DNA from: an uncultured Gammaproteobacteria bacterium
GTDB taxonomy: Bacteria > Pseudomonadota > Gammaproteobacteria > JACCXJ01
DNA length: 64,000 bases
Assembly (NCBI GenBank): GCA_963764725.1
Contig: CAVXTM010000016.1
Span: 1 to 64,000, forward strand
Direction of reading: 5' to 3'
How positions within the stretch are numbered: position 1 is the first letter of the stretch; the number at the start of each line of letters is the position of its first letter. Of the stretch, positions 30,651 to 40,023 are shown one piece after another. The notes beneath the pieces were generated by a model that searched no databases, was not told the origin of the DNA, and saw only the letters and a list, made by a program, of their open reading frames with translations. The position numbers and the translations under genes are program-made.

Positions 30651-32585
30651 TCATTCCTGAGACAACAAGGTCGTTACGTAATTCAACGCTTCTTTAGCGC
30701 TGTGCTCATCATAGCCGTATTCGTCGACTAAGCGTTGTTGCACGGCCGATATCTTTTGCTTCGCATCGTCGTCAGGACGGCTGGTCGAGGTGACAAGCCG
30801 GAGCACGTCGCGGCGTTCCTCGAATAGATACTGCTCGATCGCTTCGTGAAGCCGCGCGTGACTGTCGAGCGTGAACTTTTCGCCTTGCTTATATGCGACC
30901 ATCGCCTTACGCACCACCTCCTGACGAAAGGACAGCTTGCCAGATTCCGAGATATTAATCTTCTCTTCCACGGCACGCTGGAACCGTTCATCGGGCGATC
31001 TGCCTTCACCCGTGATCGGATCGGTGATTTCACGGTGATCGAGCGTCGCCTCCACCTCATCGAGGTACTTCTCCAGCAAGGATTGCGCTTCGTGCTCGAA
31101 GGAGGCAAACAAGGCTTTGTGCACGTCTTCCTTTACCCAGCGGTTGTAAAAATCCTTGCGCGCAACTACCAAAAAATCCAACCACTGGCGTTTCTGCTTG
31201 GCGTCCATGCGGGCATCGGATTCGATCGCGTCTTTCAATGCGAGCAGGACCTCCATGCTGGTCAGGCTGCGCGCCTCGCTTTTCGTGATCGCTTTCGAGA
31301 GGGCGTTGATCACGAATCTCGGACTGACACCCGACATGCCTTCTTCCGGTGTCTCAGCGCGGATGCGGTCCACTTCGGCCAGGCTCACCCCTTCCACATG
31401 TTCTCCGGTGTACAGACGTGCTTTCTTGCTGAGATCCAAACCCTCGCGCTCGGATTTATGCAAACGCGTCAGGACCGCAAAAATAGCGGCACTGTCCAGG
31501 GCATGGGGGTCAAGATGCACCTCCCGAAAGGTGGGCGTCGAAGAGATTAACTTTGTATAGATTCGGCTTTCATCCTGGTACGCCAAGGTATACGGCACCT
31601 TGACGATGACCATGCGATCCAACAAGGCTTCATTCTCCCGTTCCTGCAGGAATTTTTGAAACTCCGCGAGGTTGGTGTGCGCCACAATGGTTTCATCAAG
31701 GTAAATCAAGGGGAAACGGGACACCTTGACGTTTTTCTCTTGTGTCAGTGTCAGTAGTAGATAGAGAAATTCCCGCTTCACTTTAAGAATCTCGATCATC
31801 TCCAAGATCCCGCGGCTTGCGGCATAGACGGCGCCCGACCAGGACCAAGCGCGTGGATCACCTTCGTCGCCGAACTTACTAACCTTAGATAGGTCCACGG
31901 AGCCCACCAAATCGGCGATATCTGCGGTGGTGGGATCATGGGGCGCATAGGTCCCGATCCCGGTTCGACCGGCTTCCGAAATGAAAATACGCTGGACCGG
32001 GAAACGCATGAAATCGCCGGCAAACTCGTCCGCGAGGCGAACCCGGCAGAACGGACAAAGCTCTCCGGCTATCTCTACCCCATAGGTCTCCCGAAAGTTG
32101 CCTCGAAGCGTGTGCGGGATAAGATGAAGAGGGCTCTGATCGACCGGACATCCCTTGATGGCATAGAGCGCTCCGGCATCGGTATGACTGTATTCTTCGA
32201 GGCCGCGTTTCAACAGGATTACCATCGTGGATTTGCCACCCGAAGGCGGTCCTAAGAGCAGCAACAAACGGCGCCCGACCTCCGAGCCCGCACTCGCGGC
32301 TTTGAAGTAATCGGCTATGCGTTCGAGCGCATCCGTAATGCCGAAAAGCTCATCCGTGAACAGGCCGTAGGGCCGCGCGTCGTTGCCGTTCTCGCGTTCC
32401 TTGGCCCCGGTACGGCGCAGCATACTCCAAACGTACTGGTGACTGTTGCGCGTGTAGCGCTCAGGCCGTTGCGGTAGAATGTTCTCTAGAAACTCTTTGA
32501 AATTGCCTTCCCAATGTTTCGCGCGGTGCTCTTGTGTGAAAGCCGTCAGCGATTCGAGAAATTGTCCTCGCGGATCCGTGGTCAT
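30651..32585 (-). CDS. prkA: PrkA/YeaG family AAA+ serine protein kinase
   Basis: LLLGPPSGGKST, GDEGDPRAW, LLTLTQE, ENEALLDR, GMSGVSPRFV. Confidence 0.92.
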   Translation of the reverse strand: MTTDPRGQFLESLTAFTQEHRAKHWEGNFKEFLENILPQRPERYTRNSHQYVWSMLRRTGAKERENGNDARPYGLFTDELFGITDALERIADYFKAASAGSEVGRRLLLLLGPPSGGKSTMVILLKRGLEEYSHTDAGALYAIKGCPVDQSPLHLIPHTLRGNFRETYGVEIAGELCPFCRVRLADEFAGDFMRFPVQRIFISEAGRTGIGTYAPHDPTTADIADLVGSVDLSKVSKFGDEGDPRAWSWSGAVYAASRGILEMIEILKVKREFLYLLLTLTQEKNVKVSRFPLIYLDETIVAHTNLAEFQKFLQERENEALLDRMVIVKVPYTLAYQDESRIYTKLISSTPTFREVHLDPHALDSAAIFAVLTRLHKSEREGLDLSKKARLYTGEHVEGVSLAEVDRIRAETPEEGMSGVSPRFVINALSKAITKSEARSLTSMEVLLALKDAIESDARMDAKQKRQWLDFLVVARKDFYNRWVKEDVHKALFASFEHEAQSLLEKYLDEVEATLDHREITDPITGEGRSPDERFQRAVEEKINISESGKLSFRQEVVRKAMVAYKQGEKFTLDSHARLHEAIEQYLFEERRDVLRLVTSTSRPDDDAKQKISAVQQRLVDEYGYDEHSAKEALNYVTTLLSQE

Positions 32586-32759
32586 ATGTTCTCCGAATAA
32601 TCTAAAAATGCGCGTGCCTTTAAATCGAGTACCCGGTTCGCCTACGCGTTTAGCTCAATGGTAGTAGCAATGGTGCCCTCATTACTAGGTGGTTGTGGCG
32701 CTGAGTTAGTTCCACCGCACAAAGTTTAGTCCAGCTCGTTTAAAAGCAAGCGCCGCTCG

Positions 32760-33917
32760 TTAGCGATCCGTGACCAGTTCAAGGGCGCGGTCGAGTTGAT
32801 TGCGCGGAGTATAAAAGTGAGGTGAAAATCGAATTGCGCCGCCACGAATCGCGCAAACGACACCCTCCGCGCGAAGTTTTCGATAGAGCGTTTCGCTCAG
32901 ATGACGGCGGTGACGGAAGCTGACGACACCAGACTGGTGCCCCGGATGTGCCGGGGAGCGCAGCTCTAAATCAGGATGTAGGTTAATTCGATCAGTAAGA
33001 TAACTCGTATTATTCAACACCATTCTAGAGATAGCGGCCATACCGATCTCGTGCAGCAGCGACAAGCTGGCCGACAAGGCATGCGCTCCAAGGAGGTTGG
33101 GGCTGCCGCATTCAAACCGCCGCGCCGAATCCGCGGGAAGCCAGTCCTTGTGGTCGAATGCGTTCGGATCCTGCGTCATGTGCCAGCCGAACTCGCTCAG
33201 CGTGATTTCGTCGCGGATGGCCGGATTGACATAAAAAAGGGCGATGCCCTCCGGGCCGAGCATCCATTTGTGCGCGTCGGCGACGACAAAATCCGCGTGA
33301 CAGGTGCTCACGTCGAAATTCAACGCTCCGAGCGTTTGAATCGCGTCAACGCAAAGTAATATCCCATGTTTTCGGCAGTAGGCGCCAATCAAATCGAGAT
33401 CGATCCGAAAACCGCTCGCGTATTGCACGGAGCTGATCGCAAGCAGCCGGGTACGCCCGTCGCACGCATCGAGCAACGGCTGTTCCGGACAGGGATGGTT
33501 CCTCAGCAACTCGATCTGACGCACGGCCACGCCGCGGGATTGCAACGCTTCCCAAGGAATACGATTACTCGGAAACTCTTCGGCTGAAATCACGATGTTG
33601 TCACCGGCGCTCCACGCGATCCCGTTGGCGACGAAAGACAGACCTTCGGAGGTGTTTTTCAGCAACGCTATATCATCGCTGGCTGGGGCGTTAATGAGCT
33701 GCCGTAGTTGCTCTCTCAGTCGCCGTTCCGTCTCCAGCCAATGGCTATAGTTCGAAGCGCCGTGGTGGACATTGTGGTCCGCGAATGCTTTTACCGCTTC
33801 GGCGGCACGCCGGGGCCATGGCGCAACACCCGCGTGGTTCAAATAAATGGTATTTTTTGCGACGGGGAATTCGTCCCGCCACAGGGACGCATCTATTTGA
33901 GGATATAGATTCGACAT
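32760..33917 (-). CDS. Class V PLP-dependent aminotransferase (cysteine desulfurase/C-S lyase-like)
   Basis: IYLNHAG, NTSEGL, EFPSN, VDAIQ, DAHKWMLGP, RFSPHFY. Confidence 0.88.
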   Translation of the reverse strand: MSNLYPQIDASLWRDEFPVAKNTIYLNHAGVAPWPRRAAEAVKAFADHNVHHGASNYSHWLETERRLREQLRQLINAPASDDIALLKNTSEGLSFVANGIAWSAGDNIVISAEEFPSNRIPWEALQSRGVAVRQIELLRNHPCPEQPLLDACDGRTRLLAISSVQYASGFRIDLDLIGAYCRKHGILLCVDAIQTLGALNFDVSTCHADFVVADAHKWMLGPEGIALFYVNPAIRDEITLSEFGWHMTQDPNAFDHKDWLPADSARRFECGSPNLLGAHALSASLSLLHEIGMAAISRMVLNNTSYLTDRINLHPDLELRSPAHPGHQSGVVSFRHRRHLSETLYRKLRAEGVVCAIRGGAIRFSPHFYTPRNQLDRALELVTDR

Positions 33918-34048
33918 GGTGCGCATAATGTGTATTATGTTAACTAGTATTTTTCTGTATCCTCTCAACCTCTCACGACAAGCATATGTAAACCGGTACC
34001 GTAAATGCGCCGATACCGATTTCCGAACGACTCAGGGATGCCTTATGC

Positions 34049-34711
34049 ATGACAATAGAATCTCGTGACAATAGAATCTCGTGTTTAATTTTACTTCTCG
34101 TTCTTTTCCCAGGGTTGGGTTTCGCGGCCCCGAAGTTCATGGTTGTCGGTCTATTTAAAGATAAAGCCATCCTGGACATCAACGGCAAACAGCGTCTACT
34201 CGCCGCGGGACACCAGACTCCCGAGGGTATTACCCTCATATCCGCCGATAGTAAAGGAGCCGTGATAGAAGTCGAGGGAAAACGCGAAACCTACGTTCTC
34301 GGCAACCGCATCGGCACTCAATTCGCCGCCGCAACGGCCGGCGCCACGGTGCACATTTTGCCTAATTACATGGGAATGTATAACGTAGGCGGCGCTATCA
34401 ACGGATTCGGGGTGAGTTTCATGGTCAACACCGGCGCCACGCAGGTAGCAATAAACAAACACGTTGCCCGGCGTCTGGGCATCGACTATAGGCTGATCGG
34501 AAACGAAGGCGTCAGCTCGACAGCTTCGGGAATCGTAAGATCCTTCGGGGTTACGCTCAAGAAAGTTCGGGTCGGGGACATTGAGCTTATGGACGTGCCC
34601 GCCACGGTTATCGATGGCGACTTCCCCAAAGAAACCTTACTCGGAATGTCGTTCCTAAGCCGGATCGATATGGACCGCAAAGGCGGGCTCATGGTGTTGC
34701 GAAAAAAATAG
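34049..34711 (+). CDS. Clan AA (TIGR02281-like) aspartic protease homologue with catalytic Asp replaced by Asn
   Basis: GLFKDKAIL N-domain; FMVNTGAT (canonical DTGA); LLGMSFL. Confidence 0.85.
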   Translation: MTIESRDNRISCLILLLVLFPGLGFAAPKFMVVGLFKDKAILDINGKQRLLAAGHQTPEGITLISADSKGAVIEVEGKRETYVLGNRIGTQFAAATAGATVHILPNYMGMYNVGGAINGFGVSFMVNTGATQVAINKHVARRLGIDYRLIGNEGVSSTASGIVRSFGVTLKKVRVGDIELMDVPATVIDGDFPKETLLGMSFLSRIDMDRKGGLMVLRKK

Positions 34712-34849
34712 TAGGCTCGCGTCGCTGGCCGGTGATCTTAGAGAAGCGCCATTTTAATAAAACGACCCCACGATCGCGTTCCATGGATTCCATCCTCCCG
34801 CTTTCTCGCGCACAAACGCGCCCCTCTTCATCTTCACAGGGCCTTTGAC

Positions 34850-35188
34850 GCCAATATCGCTGGCCTGCTCGGCGAGATTGAGGCTTGTCTCGATGGCCGC
34901 GTGCACCCCGAGATGATCGTCGTGGACGACGGCAGCACCGACGTGGCCTTCAATCACCGGCCTCGGCTCGGTTCCTGATCCAATGGCTCACGAGCGAGCG
35001 CTAAACGCAGCGTGATCCCCAGGACATTCTGGTACTTCAGCGTCGGCGGCAGTTTAGTCCTGCTTTGCTACTCAGTGCATAAGGTCGATCCCGTCTTCAT
35101 CGTGGGCCAAATCACGGGACTGTTTATCTACGTCCGCAATCTGTACCTACTGCATCGCGTCGAAAGCGATCCCCGTGCTTCGACGTAG
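34850..35188 (+). pseudogene. Fused, deleted remnants of a GT2 glycosyltransferase and a lipid-A-biosynthesis N-terminal (LAB_N) domain gene
   Basis: NIAGLLGEIEACL...EMIVVDDGSTD directly joined to FNHRPR; then SARFLIQWLTSER / KRSVIPRTFWYFS...DPVFIVGQ...IYVRNL with a frameshift. Confidence 0.8.
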
Positions 35189-35493
35189 GCGATCCTTAAA
35201 GCCGCATCTTCCCGATGCAGAGGCCCGAGACAGGATCTCGCCACTCGGTGTACTGCCGGGTATGGCCCTTGATCCGTCGGTGCTTCCAGCCCGATCCCCA
35301 CAACATAAACGCCCACACCGCATCCGCATGTCTTAAAAGCAGGTGCATACGCATAGTGAACACCTCGCCAGGACTAGCGAGCCCATGTAGGACTCCTGGG
35401 CTATTAGCAGCATTATTTGTGCCGCGGGAGACTTTGAGGCTATGAGTGGCACATGTTATCACTGCGTACAAATGCCGGTGAGGCGAGGAGCGT

Positions 35494-35877
35494 TCAGTCT
35501 TCGTCTCGCGAGCGGTCGTTTTCATCTAGGCCGTCGCCCCAGTCATCTTCCTCCTCATCCTCTCCTGCCTCATTTTTTTCCCCCGGCCGCTTAGGATGTT
35601 TTGAACGCGGGCTCCAATCGTCGCTCGACTTGGATCCTTTCGCTTCATCCTCATAGCCGGGATCTTGGCCGCTTTGTTCGGTCCACTCCTCGGGAACCTC
35701 GATCGGCTCGATCTCTAAATCGTACCATTCGTCAATATCCATTTCGTCAAGTGCGCCGTTGGCATACTGAACCTCAATGACTCCACGCTCATCGTCCACA
35801 TCGACGACCTCGAATTTCTGGCCACGCTCCATGTGCTCGTACCAACTCCCGGCGACCGGATCAACTTCGTTGTTCAT
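35494..35877 (-). CDS. Acidic hypothetical protein (DUF6763-like)
   Basis: DPVAGSWY...FEVVDVD...IEVQY...PEEW; GGAG RBS. Family assignment is from memory. Confidence 0.75.
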   Translation of the reverse strand: MNNEVDPVAGSWYEHMERGQKFEVVDVDDERGVIEVQYANGALDEMDIDEWYDLEIEPIEVPEEWTEQSGQDPGYEDEAKGSKSSDDWSPRSKHPKRPGEKNEAGEDEEEDDWGDGLDENDRSRDED

Positions 35878-35975
35878 CGTTGTCTCCCGTGGCCTGTCCG
35901 CGCGCCCTGATAGGACGTATTGGTTTAATGCAAAGCATAGAGCATCTTTCGCGAATTAACCTAAGGCAAGGCCAT

Positions 35976-36752
35976 TCATTCACGCAACCCCCATATGGCG
36001 CCCAAACGCTGCATGGGCCGCAACACGAGCCGGTAAGGCAGATCGGGGCCCGGCCGCCTTGCCTTACCGGGGAAGTTATGATGATCCCGGTGTTCGGATT
36101 CTCCGAGCAGCACCGCCGACGGCACGCGATAGTTACGGGCCGTGCACCCCTCGTGATCTGACGCGCCGCGGTGGGACATGACGTTAAACCAAAGCGTGCC
36201 GAAAGGCGACAAAAAGGCGGGGACCAAAATTACCAGGGTGGACAACGCCCGCGATCCGCTCAGTCCCCAGACCGCCAGCCATTCCACCCATGGGATAACA
36301 AAACACCACTTGTCGAGCCACGCGGTCTCGGGATAACGCAGCTTGATTCGGCGGCGCGCATTCCTCAGGTCATAGGGCCAACCCAACCAAGCGTAAAGGA
36401 CCGAGCGGGCCACGGGTGAGTGCGGGTCCTCTAGGGTATCGCAGTGGAAGTGGTGATGGCGGTGATTCGCGGCCCACCAGGACATACCTCCTTGGTTGGA
36501 CGCCGCGCACGAATAGGCAATCACGAATTCGAACCAGCGTTTGGCCTTGAACGCATTGTGTGAAAAGTACCGATGCAATCCGAGCGTCATGCCAAGGATC
36601 GAGTGCCGGTTGCCTTGCAGGATAATCAAGATCCACGTCAGGGGCTCGATCAGCAGCGGCTTGACTGCCTCAAGGTCAAGGAGGATCAAGGGCACGATGT
36701 AAACGATGATCGTGCAAGTGCCGAAAATGCGCTGAAGGGTCCAGAACAACAT
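35976..36752 (-). CDS. Fatty acid (acyl-CoA delta-9-like) desaturase
   Basis: His boxes HRYFSH, HRHHH and HRDHH; DPHSP. Confidence 0.88.
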   Translation of the reverse strand: MLFWTLQRIFGTCTIIVYIVPLILLDLEAVKPLLIEPLTWILIILQGNRHSILGMTLGLHRYFSHNAFKAKRWFEFVIAYSCAASNQGGMSWWAANHRHHHFHCDTLEDPHSPVARSVLYAWLGWPYDLRNARRRIKLRYPETAWLDKWCFVIPWVEWLAVWGLSGSRALSTLVILVPAFLSPFGTLWFNVMSHRGASDHEGCTARNYRVPSAVLLGESEHRDHHNFPGKARRPGPDLPYRLVLRPMQRLGAIWGLRE

Positions 36753-36832
36753 TGGGTTATGATTTCGGACTTACACGGTGCACGCGCATAAATTGATTAT
36801 TGTAGAAGACCAAGACGGAGGTTACAAAATCG

Positions 36833-38248
36833 GTGTACGGAAATCATCCACTGCAAGCCTCTCAGCCCCCAAGCATGGCGCGCCAACCCCGTGGTCTGGC
36901 ACTATTGTTCGTGGTGGAGATGTGGGAGCGATATTCGTACTACGGGATGCGGGCGCTGTTGATCCTGTTTCTGATCACGGAGACCGGGGGCGGCGGATTG
37001 GGTTGGACGGTCGAGCGCGCGGGACAATTGTACGGTTGGTACACGGGACTCGTGTATCTTACTCCGGTCATCGGCGGCTACCTCGCCGACCGCTACCTCG
37101 GCACTCACCGCGCCCTCGTCGCCGGCGGCATCTTGATCGCGCTCGGGCATTTCTCACTCGCACTCGAGAATACCGTGGCGTTTTATTCCGGCTTGATCCT
37201 CTTGGTGTTGGGTACCGGGTTTTTCAAATCCAATATTTCCACGATGGTCGGCCAACTCTATGGACTTCATGATCCGCGTCGCGACAGCGGTTTTACCATT
37301 TACTATATGGGGATCAATCTCGGAGCGCTCATCGGCCCGCTCATTTGTGGCTATCTGGCGCATAGCAGCCGCTTCGGGTGGGGCTACGGTTTCGGGGCGG
37401 CCGGGGTCGGAATGCTGGCCGGGCTTGCCGTTTATCTCGGCGGCAGAAAACGGTTTCTAGGAGACATAGGTATAGCGAACGCACCACGCACGCCGGATGT
37501 TCAAGCACGTCCGCTGTTAAACCACGAGGAAAAAGAGCGGATTGGGGCGATGCTGGTGATGGCGTTCTTCGTGATGTTCTTTTGGCTTGCGTTCGAGCAA
37601 GCCGGTTCCTCCATGGCGGTGTTTGCCGAGCGCAGCACCGATCGCACCACGCCGGGGTGGTTACACTGGTTGCTGGCCGAGGAACGATTTCCGGCGGCTT
37701 GGTTTCAAGCGGTCAACCCCGCCTTCATTCTGTTGCTCGCCCCCCTTTTTTCCATGCTCTGGCTGCGCCTCGGATGCGCCGGTTTGGAGCCACGAACCCC
37801 GGTAAAAATGGCATCGGGATTGATCCTCCTCGGGAGCGGTTTCCTGGTCTTGGTGTTCGCCGCGGCGCAGAGCGACCGCGGTATGCCGGTAAGCCCGCTG
37901 TGGTTGGTTGGGGCCTATCTCTTACATACCTGTGGCGAGCTGTGCCTGTCCCCCGTGGGTCTCGCCCTCGTCACGCGCATCGCACCGCTCAAGTATGCCT
38001 CGATGTTGATGGGAGTGTGGTTCCTGGCCAACTTTGCAGCCAATCTCGCGGCCGGCTATTTCGCGGGCATGCTCGATGCCTTTAGCGAGGGCCGCGTCGT
38101 GACGATCCTAGGCGGCCAAGCGGACTTTTTCCTGATTCTGGTAGTAACTTCTTGTGCCGCCGGAATTCTCCTGTGGCTGCTCGCGCCCTGGCTTAACCGA
38201 CTCATGCATGGCCGCGACCAGCGTAGCGCATCCGCGCCGCAGGCCTAA
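36833..38248 (+). CDS. Proton-dependent oligopeptide transporter (POT/PTR2)
   Basis: EMWERYSYYGMR, GGYLAD, GTGFFKSN, FTIYYMGINLG, GELCLSP. Confidence 0.94.
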   Translation: MYGNHPLQASQPPSMARQPRGLALLFVVEMWERYSYYGMRALLILFLITETGGGGLGWTVERAGQLYGWYTGLVYLTPVIGGYLADRYLGTHRALVAGGILIALGHFSLALENTVAFYSGLILLVLGTGFFKSNISTMVGQLYGLHDPRRDSGFTIYYMGINLGALIGPLICGYLAHSSRFGWGYGFGAAGVGMLAGLAVYLGGRKRFLGDIGIANAPRTPDVQARPLLNHEEKERIGAMLVMAFFVMFFWLAFEQAGSSMAVFAERSTDRTTPGWLHWLLAEERFPAAWFQAVNPAFILLLAPLFSMLWLRLGCAGLEPRTPVKMASGLILLGSGFLVLVFAAAQSDRGMPVSPLWLVGAYLLHTCGELCLSPVGLALVTRIAPLKYASMLMGVWFLANFAANLAAGYFAGMLDAFSEGRVVTILGGQADFFLILVVTSCAAGILLWLLAPWLNRLMHGRDQRSASAPQA

Positions 38249-38567
38249 ACCATCCCCTATTTTGTGAATTTTTCACAGAACTTTTGTGACAAATTACCGC
38301 GATTTGTACGCGCATCATTCGGTATTCTACGAACCAATTCGTTATCTACTCAACCGCGGGTAACGCGATTGCCTCCTCCCCCGCCGCGACATGCGGCTCA
38401 TTTTGGCACAGGGATGTGCCACCTTTTATTCAAGCGACTCCCCTGCCCCGCCGCCCGCGTGTAACGCCTATGGTGCTGACCAGGTCTTTAATGCATACTG
38501 CGGCGAGCTTCGCATGAATCGATAGCCGTTATCGGATCGACCTTGGTTTCGCCACCTTCACATCGCC

Positions 38568-38855
38568 ATGAACAATCTGCATGAAAAGATCCGCGGCAGC
38601 CCATGGCTCGCCGCCCTGCTCCTGGTCCCGGCCTTCGCAATCACGATCCTCTTCGCGGGTTTTTTCTTTGCGCTTTTTGTTAGCGTTTTCCTGGTGCTGG
38701 GGGCGATCCTCGGAATGCGCTTTTGGTGGATCAAACGCCGCCTGAAAAAATCCGCCGGCCCAGGGATCATCGATGGCGAATTCATCGTCGTCGATAAACG
38801 GATCACCATTGTCAAGGGAGAGCACGCCCGCGATCGTGACGCCGGGGATGACTGA
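38568..38855 (+). CDS. Small membrane protein
   Basis: Hydrophobic N-terminus, C-terminal IIDGEF motif. Confidence 0.7.
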   Translation: MNNLHEKIRGSPWLAALLLVPAFAITILFAGFFFALFVSVFLVLGAILGMRFWWIKRRLKKSAGPGIIDGEFIVVDKRITIVKGEHARDRDAGDD

Positions 38856-38877
38856 AAGATTTCGCTTACGCGGCGGT

Positions 38878-39864
38878 TTATTGATCGGTACGATCGATCG
38901 CGAACCGGTCGCAGCGCACCAGTGTCCGCAGCCCGAGCAAGGCGGGAACGGGATGGGTGAGGAGATAGGTTGGCAGGGTCTCTAAGTAGTGCCGATACCG
39001 TCCTTTAGCGACAAAGCGTTCGCGAAAACGCGATCCCGCCAATGCATGGGCGATTTGCGGCAAGATCCCGCCCGCCAAGTAAATCCCACCTCGAGCGGCC
39101 AAGGTCAGGGCGAGATCTCCCGCCACTGTGCCGAGAAAGCAGAAGAACATGTCCACGGCTTGCGCGGCATAGCGGTCCTCTCCGAGTAGGGCTCTGGCGG
39201 TGATCTCGGCCGGGGTTCGATCCGAGGCCACATCACCGGCGAGCGCCGCCAGACTTTGATAGATCGCCACCAACCCGGGTCCGGACACTGCGCGCTCCGC
39301 GGACACGTGCCCGAAGCGGGCCCGTAGGCACCTGAGCACAGCCGCTTCGGCGTCGTTCATCGGCGCCAAGGTAACGTGCCCGCCTTCGCTTGCAAGCGGG
39401 ACCCATCCCGAGCGGTAAGGGATGAGCCCGGACACCCCGAGGCCGGTGCCGGGCCCAATCACACCCAGCGGCGCGTTCGCTTGCGGTTCCCCCGCGCCGA
39501 TCTGATGTCGATGCGAGGCTTCGAGCCGCGGCAACGCATGGGCAACGGCGGTAAAGTCATTGATCACCTCGATGCGCTCCCAGCCGAGGGCCTCCTTGAT
39601 CGCCTGGATAGAAAAGGACCACCCGCGATTGACCATGCGCACGCGATCTCCCACGATGGGCGCCGCGACCGCCAGCGCACCGGCACGGATAGCGGACTCT
39701 GTCCCCTCCTCCTCCAGATAGCTCCGCAGCGCCGAAATCAAGTCCGGTAGCGTGTCATTCGACAGGACCCGGATCGCCCCGATGTCGTCGCAATCGTCGA
39801 GGATGCCGATCCGGGTCCGTGATCCACCGATGTCAGCCAATAACCATGGGCGCCCTGTGTTCAT
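38878..39864 (-). CDS. glk: Glucokinase
   Basis: LLADIGGS, INDF, GPGTGLG, SEGGH, SAERAVSGPGL, FVAKGR. Confidence 0.95.
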   Translation of the reverse strand: MNTGRPWLLADIGGSRTRIGILDDCDDIGAIRVLSNDTLPDLISALRSYLEEEGTESAIRAGALAVAAPIVGDRVRMVNRGWSFSIQAIKEALGWERIEVINDFTAVAHALPRLEASHRHQIGAGEPQANAPLGVIGPGTGLGVSGLIPYRSGWVPLASEGGHVTLAPMNDAEAAVLRCLRARFGHVSAERAVSGPGLVAIYQSLAALAGDVASDRTPAEITARALLGEDRYAAQAVDMFFCFLGTVAGDLALTLAARGGIYLAGGILPQIAHALAGSRFRERFVAKGRYRHYLETLPTYLLTHPVPALLGLRTLVRCDRFAIDRTDQ

Positions 39865-40023
39865 CCTAAGGAAACTCGTGGAGAGCGCCCGCGATGCCGA
39901 AGCAGCGATTGAGGAACTTCGATCGGGAAACGTTGCCTTGCATCTAACGAGGTCTTTCTTCGATAAGCAACGACAGGGCTGGGCGCAGTATTTCACAATA
40001 GCATCGCCACGTATAATACGCTC

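Noticed and set aside
32644-32722. tRNA-like stretch (TAGCTCAATGGTAG...GGTTGTGG...CCAC)
   Set aside because: Resembles a D-arm, but has no GTTCRA T-loop, no pairing acceptor stem and no U33 in the putative anticodon loop.
38404-38421. Sigma54 promoter (TGGCAC...)
   Set aside because: GG-to-GC spacing is 11 rather than the required 10 on both strands.
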